A DNA stretch of 64,000 nucleotides from Selaginella moellendorffii. Its lineage: Eukaryota; Plantae; Lycopodiophyta. The translations under genes and the position numbers were made by a program. The stretch lies in contig NW_003314319.1 in NCBI RefSeq assembly GCF_000143415.4, positions 196,115-260,114 of the forward strand, given 5' to 3'. Positions within the stretch are counted from its first letter, which is position 1; the number at the start of each line of letters is the position of its first letter. This document shows positions 51,710 through 61,459 of the stretch, one piece after another. The notes beneath the pieces are model-generated. The model had not been told where the DNA came from. It saw only the letters and a program-made list of their open reading frames with translations, and searched no databases.

Positions 51710-53004
51710 TCTGAAAGTGCAAAAAAGAAGTTAAGACCATACAAAAAATGATTGGAGAATGGCCTAAATCATAACATACCAAACAACCTCAATAGCATGA
51801 GGCCACATGCCATTATTCAAACATGCTATTAACACCCACGTGAAATTTCACATTCACAAAATTGGCATGAGGCCTCATGCCATCTTGATATACACACAGC
51901 TGCAGGCAAGTAAAAACATACATGACAATATGCTAGCCATGAAATTGCAAGGGCCCAAGATGGCATGTGGCCTCATGCCATTTCTAAATGTGGTCCTAAG
52001 CCATTCCATGGTGAACATACTAGGAAGCACAAGTGCCAAATATCAAGAGGAAGCGGTAGCCACACCAAAGACAGTGCCGCTCGCAACACCGCAACTACTC
52101 GTAGCGCCGCTCGCAACACCGCAACTGCTCGTATCGCCGCTCGCACAAACTGCCACTGGCATAAACTGCCACTCGCAATGGCACTCGCAATGCCGCAACC
52201 ACTTGTAGACGCATAAACCACAGCTCACAACGCCGCTTACACAAGCAGCGCTCACTGCGCTTAGCGGAACCAAGAACACGGCGCACAAAAATGATAGACC
52301 TAGGAATGAGTTCGAGAATTCAAAAATAACACACGCTTGAACGTCACATCAAATCCTCTGACAAACCAGATCTTATGATTCCTCTGACAAATTTCAAACT
52401 GAGTAGCTTCTAGACTTTGTTGTCGGAGGTTGAACTTTGTCACATCATGTCCTTGCCTCGATCCAGCTATGCCATGTCAGTGATTCGAACTTTGCCATGC
52501 CATGTCAGCAATCCGCGCCAAGATTATTCACCGTGTAAAGGAATAATTATGCTGTGTGTGTACGTCCATTTATGGCAATATAAGGCCACACGCCATTCAA
52601 AGAATAATGCTAGTCGAGCATTTTTTGGTGCATTTTTGGGTTCAAAATTGCATGAGCCCACACGCTATAAAGTTTACCTGTACCAAAAATAGAAACAGCT
52701 TTATTTACTTGGGAATTTAAGTGGTTGAGGCATTTTTAAACTTACAAACACATGCCCTACTTACATTCCTTTGGTTGTTTAAAATTCAAAAATATTATAA
52801 ACCTTTCTTTTTGTATTTTCAATGTTTTCAATTATGGTTTTTGAATTTCGCAGGACCAGCCTAGTAATCTATTTGCATCCCGTCATGTTTATAGCTAGCT
52901 TTCGTTTGTCCCCTTCGCTAGCCTGAGATACATCTGCTCGGCATCTGCCTCTTACAGCATTTGCCCAGAAAAGGCATCTTTCTTCACGTAGCATTTGCCA
53001 CATG

Positions 53005-53030
53005 TTTAGGGTTTAGGGTTTAGGGTTTAG
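53005..53030 (+). repeat. Plant telomeric repeat tract (TTTAGGG)x3+ / telo-box
   Basis: tttagggtttagggtttagggtttag. Confidence 0.85.
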
Positions 53031-54252
53031 CAATTCAGTATCTTGATAAACATGCAAATACAGAACTTGATGCAAAATCCTTTGATATGTCACAATGCCC
53101 CTAGGACCATAAACACATTTCAATAGAGAGGGTCCTTTCATTTCATAACTCCTTACGTAGAACTTGGTGAAACCAGAGTTAGTGAAGTTAGTTTCTTGTG
53201 ATCCCGCATCTGATTATGATGTCCCTTTGCAGTGTCGATGGAAAGGTCAATGCACACCAAACTTTAAAATCTTGGAGCAAAATAACGGTCGGATCTATGG
53301 CAAATGCCCTTGAAACATTGTAAGGCTCGTGTGGCCTCATGTGGTGTCCGATCGAGATGCTTCTTTGTAGGGTCATCAAGAAAGACATTGTATACCATTC
53401 TGTAAATCTAGTTGCAATTTAACAGTTGGATCTCCAGAAAACTCAAAACAATCTTGCGCGTGTTAGAATATTCTAGGAATATACTCCTATGTGCCCCTGA
53501 AAATGGCATGCGGCCGCACGCCATTCAAGAGATAACGCCAGATGATGCTGAGCATTTTTTGGTGCATTTTTTGGGATTTGTATACCATTCTTTATTTAGC
53601 TGAACATCTGGCATTTTTGGAAATGCAAGATGCTTTGGAATATCCAATCATGCATGGTATAAATATAGCGAGGGTATTAAATGATATCCCAATCATGATC
53701 TTTCTTTTGGATTTCACGTGCATGCAGTCCGAGGAATGATGACGTTGCGGATTTCTTTTAGATTTCACGTGCATGCATGCGCGTGGCGATCCAGAAATTA
53801 ATGGTGGCGCCCAAGTCCGAGGAATGATGACGTGGCGGGATTACCAACCGTCGTGACATTTCGCGCGTGTGAGGTTAGGTTTTGCATTTTGCTTCGTACT
53901 CGCGCTCGCATCGCGCTCCCACTCGCGATCACGCTCACATTCGCGCTCATCTACCTTCTTTACAGGTTTCTCGTGTGCATCGGCGTCCACTCGCGCTTGC
54001 ATCACACTTGCGCTCGCATCGCGCTCGTGTGCATCGGCATCCACTTCAAGACACACCCAGTTTGTAACTTTGCCGCCAACTCTGCCGCCCACTCCGCCAC
54101 CCACACACAGCCCACTTGGCGTCCCGGGAGATTTCAGCGCCACTCTCCAACTGTAAGTGGCAGAGTAGCCTTGCTGCTAAGATCCGCTGCACACACAGTG
54201 CACATTCGCCAGCGAGTTCGGCCTCGATTGTCATGCCTCCATTCGGCTTCAA

Positions 54253-57200
54253 ATGGTAAGTCTTTTAGGCGAAGTAGAAAATGGCATGAGGCCACATGCC
54301 ATTCAGTAGCAACATTGGCATGCACCGATTGGGCTCTCGAGTGCAATCCGGTTACAGATGGCGTGTAGCCTCATGCCATCTTAGGATGCAGCCTCAAGAC
54401 ATCTGATGCAGTGGTGAATGGCGTGTGGCCTCACGTTATTTCCAGCTGCTAGCTTTTCATCTGTCAGCTCTAATTGTTGTGCATTTCTGAACAGGCAAGG
54501 AATTGCGTTCTTCTTCCAGCCACTGTTAATGTGGATGTAGAGAAAGGGGAGGAGCTCACCAGTTGGACTTTCGGGATGGAAGGCGAGGATCTGAGGCTGT
54601 ACAACACAGATGGTGGGAGAAAAGAATGCATGGGGATCCTCATCCAAGTGACAGACACTCCATGCAGTTCCATGCAAGAATATGGACTGGCACTTGTGGT
54701 AGAGACAGTGTTTGCCTTCAAGATCCACCTTGCACATCCTAGCGGCTTCCCGGAGGGGGGCAGCGGCTATGAGGAATTCCTAGAGGGAGCTAGGGAGAGG
54801 TTGTCCAGGAGGCCCACAATTTCAAAGACGCTGCGGGTCTATGAAGATCACATGGAATCCACGGACCTCACCTACAGCGATGTTCAAAAACTATATTCCA
54901 ACATTGAGCCGTTGAGAGTGCCTCCAGTTCGCGAAGCGAAGGGGAAGGGGGTCGATCTGGAAATTACCCCGAAGCAGAAAAGGGTGGTCAAGCTCAAGCC
55001 GACGTCCGACTCTCCTGCTCCAAAAACGAAGCTACTCGGTGATGCCATTGCCTCGGGTTCGAACACTACACCCACCAAAAAGAAGAGCCGCAAAGAGCAG
55101 AAAGAGCAAGAAGAGACAGCAAAAATCATCGCAGATAATAGTACTTGTTACTATTCCAACAAAGTATATACAATCGACATGAGCCGTATCGACATCCAAA
55201 GCAAATACAACCACAGGCTAGTATCTGATGAATGGGTGGAGAAACTGAAGCAGAAGATGCTGGCAAGTCCAGTAACACCCGACATCGCAGACATGATCCC
55301 CTACTACCGAACAATGAAGGGCGAGACGAGGTTTCCAGACTTGATCAATAGGAAGGTGTTGGACGATCAGAACATCTGGTTCTATGCCGTCTCCGGGCAG
55401 CATTCTAGCTTGGCGATGCAAGAGATAGTTGTGGATATTATGGTGGGCGAGGAGGTGAAGAAAGTCTTCAAGACAAGAGTTGTCTGCCTGATAAAAGGCA
55501 ACTCGCCCCTCCGATCTATCATATACATCTCCCACGCGCAGAATGTCAAGCAAGAAACGTGCTACAAATCGGGTCTGCACGAGACATTGGCATGAACACG
55601 GAAGCTCTGGGTTCAACTGAAGAAGCCACAAAAACCAGGACAAGGACGTGCACTAGCAACTAGCGCCTGGCAGGTAAGCCTCGTTGCATGTGGCATAGCA
55701 TGTGGCCTCACGCCATTTCCATTGCAGGAATTCTCGAGTCTTCTCTCGAAAACACTGGGGGTCAATGACACACTCAGCATCCATAACATTCTACTCACGA
55801 CAAAAGTTGTTTTTGAGAAATGGGTAGATGTGCTGAGGAGGTACCATGACGGGGAGTTACTAAACTCAATGGGTGTGGAGGACGGCCGGAAGCCCAATGA
55901 TTTGAAGCTCAACGCCTTGCGTTTCTCGCGGTCTCTAGACGACGACCTTCTGACAGTGGCTAATGCTCTTCTACGTGGTGAGGTAGTCTTCAACAAGACC
56001 AAAATGACTCCCGGCCATATTGTGACATACGAGGACTTATGCACGACTCTGAGAGCTCGTGCGCTATTGAAGGATTGGATCTTCGAGCAAGTGGCCGTGG
56101 AGAGGGTGAGCATCGACACCACGCAAGAGATGATGGAAGCGCTGGATTTGTCAAATGAAGACATCGACGAGTACGTGAAGGGGGCCCCCAAGTTCATCGA
56201 TCTGTTACGGGATGCCACGAAAAGTAAAGCTGAGAAGTTGGATCAGTATCCAAATTTCATTAAGAGGGATGTCAACCGCCGGCTTCAGAAACAGCTCAAC
56301 CCCGCAGCAGAGGCCTATCGAGAACCTTACCGGGTATACATGAATTCGGATGAGGATCAAAGGTGGAGGAGCATCATTTCCCGCGGAGATGAGCAAGTCA
56401 AGAACATCTTTTGTGTGATGGACTTCACAAACGAGGAGATCACTCATGCAGACGAAGTCAGCTCCATCATTGAGTTAATGGTGGGACTTGCGGAGGTGGA
56501 ATCTTCAGTCCACTATATGATCTAAGACTCTGAATCCTATCACAAGTTCTGGAAGGCCTTGAACGAGGTGAAGGCTCGGTTGAAAGGCAAGGAGATGCGG
56601 GAGATCCATGGGATAATGGCTAAGAAGAAGATACCGACGAATGTCCGCATCTTCACACTTGCCTTTGTAATTGGTCCTGCAGCAGAGTGGGACTGGAGTG
56701 ACTTCCCAGCTTCGTTTGACAAGGCCAATCGAATTGATCTGAGGGAGGTCAATTTACCCGTGCCTGAGGAACTGAAGATGGCTATGGAGCTTTCGAATCC
56801 AAAGAAAGCTCCAGGTGCAGCATGGGAAATGCTCAGCTGGGTCTTCAACGCAATAGCGGGTGACTCCAAGGGCAAATGCGTTGTCGAGTACAACTGCGGC
56901 AGACTATTCTTTCGAGCCGCACTACTCAAGGGTGTCCCGTGTGTTGCGGTGACAAACTCCATTGAAGAGGTGACTTCAATGGAGCATATAATTATAATTG
57001 CCAAAGAAAAACAGTATCTTCTCTACGAACCTGGTGAGTACGCACTTTAAGTTTAAATGTTATCTCACAAGCTCTGTATGCAGGAGCATGGCCACCCCCA
57101 GATGCTGAAACGGCGTTAACAGCTACTGTTGAAGATACCCATGTTGGGCCGAGCTCACAACCTGCACAAGGTAAGGTCACGTGAGGCCTCACGCCATTTT

Positions 57201-59854
57201 GATTATAGATCGTTGTGAATATTCAGACACGAGGACTGAAAAGCGCACTGGTGGCACGTCGAAGGACAAACAGACAAGCAATAGGAAAAAAGGAGGTACA
57301 AATTATATTTGCAATGGCGTGTGGTCTCATGCCATTCCTTGCAGGAGACACTTCTTCAAAGGCAAAACAGGCAAGCACCAGCCAAGCTCAAACTGACAGT
57401 GGTCATAAAAAGCGAAAGCACGTTGGACAGTTGTCGGGATCAGAGGCATTTGATTCGAAAAGGAAGAAGGGCAACGAAAACATGATAGGTAATGCCTCGC
57501 GGTTATGGCGTGTGTGCTCATGCCATTCATTGCAGATCAAGGGCTGAGTGAAAGCAGCCAGTCACCACCTCCTGACTCAAATTCCTATGGCGGACTCCCC
57601 TTCCCCAATCTCAATGGAGAGGTACAATGGATGAGGGATGCTTTTCAAGTCAGGGCCACATTTTTCTCATCTCGTCGTCTTCGAAGGGTGCAAGAACGTG
57701 CAGAAACCATGTTAAGACAGTCGAGTGAGGATACGGTCCTAGGTCACGCACTAAAATAGGCTATGGATGTCTTGTATTTTGAGATGGAGACTCGGCCAGA
57801 TGATTTTCCCAAGATGGTCCTAGAAGAACAAGCCATCCAGCCTGAGCAGCCTATGGAAGAAATGCAGGAGGGGGATGAGGAGCCAGAGAAAGATAATGAG
57901 CAGGAAGAGCAGAAGGACGAAGAGGAGGACAAAGAAGAGGAGGACGAAGAAGAGGAGGATGAAGAGGACTTGGATGGTCCTCACAATGGTGACGATCACA
58001 ATAACGACGACGACGATGACGACGACGATGGCCAGCCTGAGGTGACCAAAGAGCAGCGGAGGAAGGTCATACAAGACAAACCATCAGGTAAATAATAGTA
58101 CATCCATTCCTAACCTTTTACCATTTCTAACATTGTCCATGTAGGTCGCAGAGCAAATGGTAAGTAGAGATTATTCAGTTGAATTTACAAACTCTAGCCT
58201 TTAGTGTCGAGGAAGGATAGTGCCAAGCAAGGGTCGAAACGTATGTCCAATCCTTCAGAATCAGCAGTGCGCCCAAGTGATATCGGTCCTAGTTCCTCAA
58301 TAGCAGTTGATGGTAAATACAGTATAGTCGATTCAATGTGCTAATGAGTTTGTTTTTAGTAGCACGGGAGGATACCATCTCAATTGAAGGGAGATATTTG
58401 GACATGCATATGGATCCGCCAGTGGACTCTACTTGCCTGCAAGAGTCATTAGAGCTGGTGGAGGCTACTATCCATATCAACGCGAAGCAAGCTGACCACG
58501 CTCCACTTGATGCTGCCCATACCACTGAGTCAATCTTGTCCACGTATCCAACTGACGGTGACCAGGCGCCATTGGACCCGCATGAGGCCCCTCCAGCCGC
58601 TGAGCCGGTCATATCCTCATTTCCAACGGACTCAACGTGTGCCCAATCGTCTGACTACGCGCCGTTGGAACCTCCCTACACCGCCCCTACTGCCTGTTCG
58701 GTCATGTCCACTTTGCCAACGGAGGCACCAGCTAAAATGGCGTGTGATCACACGCCATCGGAACCACCCCATGCCACTGTTGAGCCAGTTGTACCAGAGT
58801 CTACAGCTGAAATGGCATGTGCCCACACGCCATCAGATGCGATTGACCCCACATTGCAGAGGAGAGTATTTCCGCCCTTCACGTTTCCTCGACCAAAACC
58901 CTCTCAACAACCATCGGGAGCACCATTCGCTAATATTGTAGATGGTAAAATTGACTTGTACCATTTTTTATGCTAACGCATTTCATTTCAGAGTCACGGC
59001 GAAGGTACTGTATCGTTTTTGATCTGAACGGTGTCCTTTTCTCCCATGAGCGTGGCTCATCCTCGAATGTCACTGCACCCTCCAAAGCCTGCGGTCGCAA
59101 GTTAGTCAAAAGAGACAGATTCACATTAATCACACGGGAGAAACTGCGGGATCTAATAATGATCATGCGACACTTAAAACAGAGGGCCGGGTTCAATTTG
59201 CAATTGGGAGTTTGGACATCCATGATGCGCCACAATGCATTAACGTTGCTACAGATGATGCACGATCAGACGCGAGTAATATTACCATTTGACTTTCTCC
59301 TAACGCAGGAGGATTGCTTGACTATGGTCCATGTGAGGGGTAGCAAGCCCATCTTCGTCAAGCCAGAGGCTGTAGTGATGAACCGGACTGCTAGCTCAAG
59401 TGAAATCCTCATCATCGATGACTCGCCGATTAAAACTGCAGCGAACACGCACACATATGCAATGCACCCCATCTCTTGCAGTATGGAAACTAGGGAGAAG
59501 AAACCGTATGTTCTGGGGGACCTTGCAAAACGGCTTGGAGCGATGGTGATAGAGAACCGGCCAGTCCAGGAGGTGGCTGCAGAAATCAACCAAATGGCAG
59601 ATGGAACGGTATATCAGAAGCCATTTGATTGGACAGACACCAGTCATCATTTATGGCATATATATTGTCTAGCCAAGCACTATCCGCATCTCCATAATCT
59701 GCTCAACCGGATGGGTTCTTCGACCACTGAACATGAGCGTGGACGTATTAGAGAAGAGATGGCATTACTATTGGGTTTAAATCCTGATAGTGTGGAGAGT
59801 GATGAAATTCCAAGATTATTGTATAGGCGTTGGAGGCAAAAAATAACAGTCTGA
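54253..59854 (+). pseudogene. Large multi-exon transposon cargo gene: ParB-like region, degenerate DNA methyltransferase-like segment, acidic tract, C-terminal FCP1/NIF-type HAD domain
   Basis: ATG 54253-54255, intron, exons 54495-55673 and 55728-57033, short exons to ~58944, last exon 58992-59854. A few in-frame stops. Motifs AVSGQHS, VFDLNGVL, VWTSMMRHNA and ILIIDDSPIK. Confidence 0.65.
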
Positions 59855-61459
59855 AATGGCATGTATTTATTTAAAAATGTAACTTATTATGGCATGGGGT
59901 TCCATGCCATTGTATTAATATTAAAAGACAATTCTTTGAGAGGATTTGCATTATACTAGAAGTGTTACAGCATGTTATTGGAAGTCTACGAAAATAAGGG
60001 GAAAGTAAAGATTGAATGGGGACTTGGGCTCCACCTAAACTCGGAGCAACTAAGCCAATATTAAAAGGATGGAAAGAAATTGGACGACGATGACAAGGAA
60101 AAGAGAGAGGTGAAGCAGTGGCAGGGGGAGGAGAAGTGATTGAGTAGACATTTCCTTGTTTAAAATAAAATGGCATGTGCCTCAATGCAGTTGAATTTTG
60201 TTATATTTATATACTATATAAAGGTTTGGAAACCTTATTTTACAAGTGGGATAATGACAATTCCCACTTTAACGAAATAGAGCTTAGTGGCTACCTTCTT
60301 TTCTTGGGCTCGAGTGGCTGCGGTTTACTACTGTTGCCTATAGAGTTCCTCAGCTACCAAAATCGTGTTGACCGATGAGGTTGGTGCCTTGCCTTTGCTT
60401 GACGAAGGGGCTGTCTCAATTGCTTGTCGCTCCAATTGCTCCTGATATGTCTCTGGTCCCCAAGACGATGTGGAATTATCAGTGAAGGGATGTTGTTGGA
60501 CACGTTCAGAAGATGGAGGTCAAAGCTCTGGATGAAGCTTGAAGCAGTACTGCGTGTTGTGTGTGTTTGTCTCATTCTCGAGCTGTAGTGGCCTCTTTCC
60601 TGGACTCCACCAGCTTCTGGAGCAGTTTGTCATGGTGTGATTGCTGCTGAAGAATGATCTCCTTTAGCTACTGCATCTTGTTGGCAAAGTTCTCAATACC
60701 CGGAGGTGTATGCTCAATAGCGACGGGCTTTGGTGTGGATGGGCGAACAGCTGCACAAGGTGACTCTGATGGGGTGATGGCTTGGTTGAAATCAACTCTA
60801 CCAATTCCCAGGTCGACAAGGAGCTCTCTTTCCAGCTTTGTGGCAAATAAAAATGCTTCGTGGCAAGACCTGAATGTCTTCTTAAGAAGTTTCCGCTGCA
60901 AGTTCCCATGCAGACCCACTGTGAATGCCGTGATCCCTTGTTGCTCATCTTGGACCACTCTACGATCCCAACACTACTTCTAGTATGCTTGAAACTGGGT
61001 GATATAGTCAAGAACAGACTCGTGAGCACCTTGCCAGAACGAAAAGTGGTCAACAAGTAGCCGATTTATGGGTTTCTCTTCAACGAAACATTCCTTAAAA
61101 GAAGCAAGTAGTGTCTAGAAATTTGTCTAGTCCTCTGGGAGGAGAGAATCTGCCCAAGTTGCTGCTTTGCTTTTGAGAGACTACAAGAAGTCGCGGCACA
61201 TACGATCATCATTGACGATCATGTTTGTGGTGTAGTAGTAATCAAAGCGTCTGATATGTGATGCTGGAGCGACTGTTCCAACACTTGAGAATGTTAGCAG
61301 ATCACTCCCCCTTTGTAGAACATGGAGCTAAAGTCGAGATAAAGGTGGTTGTGCCATAGCTTGTAGATGTAAGCCACAAATTTTTCCTTTCCAATTTGCC
61401 AGCTTACCTCATCTATCTGACCAACTTTGCCTTGGCTTGTGCTAAGTTCCCTCACCAAG

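Larger units (their letters stand above)
47236..60191. repeat. Dispersed 22-bp palindrome ATGGCRTGWGGCCWCAYGCCAT, about 25 copies
   Basis: Copies start at e.g. 47641, 48241, 48547, 49889, 49946, 51792, 51862, 51960, 53503, 54281, 54358, 54418, 55695, 57176, 57314, 57505, 58737, 58812 and 59889. Confidence 0.92.
47010..60285. mobile_element. 13.3-kb TIR DNA transposon, Sola1-like, with cargo gene
   Basis: TIR AAGCTCTATTTCGTTAAAGTGGGA at 47010-47033 and its reverse complement at 60262-60285. 4-bp TSD AGTG at 47006-47009 and 60286-60289. The flanks rejoin into the TatI gag. Confidence 0.9.
28519..61450 (-). mobile_element. TatI-like gypsy element (gag-PR-aRH-RT-RH-IN), split by nested insertions at 33392-45206 and 47010-60285
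   Basis: gag at ~60290-61360 and 46715-47009; PR (LVDSGSGSN) at ~46600; additional RNase H split between 45207-45400 and 33180-33391; RT 32218-33050 (FMDGFSGYNQI); RH; IN 30453-31569; PPT at ~28525-28538. Outer boundaries are uncertain. Confidence 0.75.

Noticed and set aside
47236-60191. CRISPR array or bacterial REP interpretation of the palindromes
   Set aside because: Spacing is irregular (tens of bp to kb), there are no cas genes, and the context is eukaryotic with spliceosomal introns.
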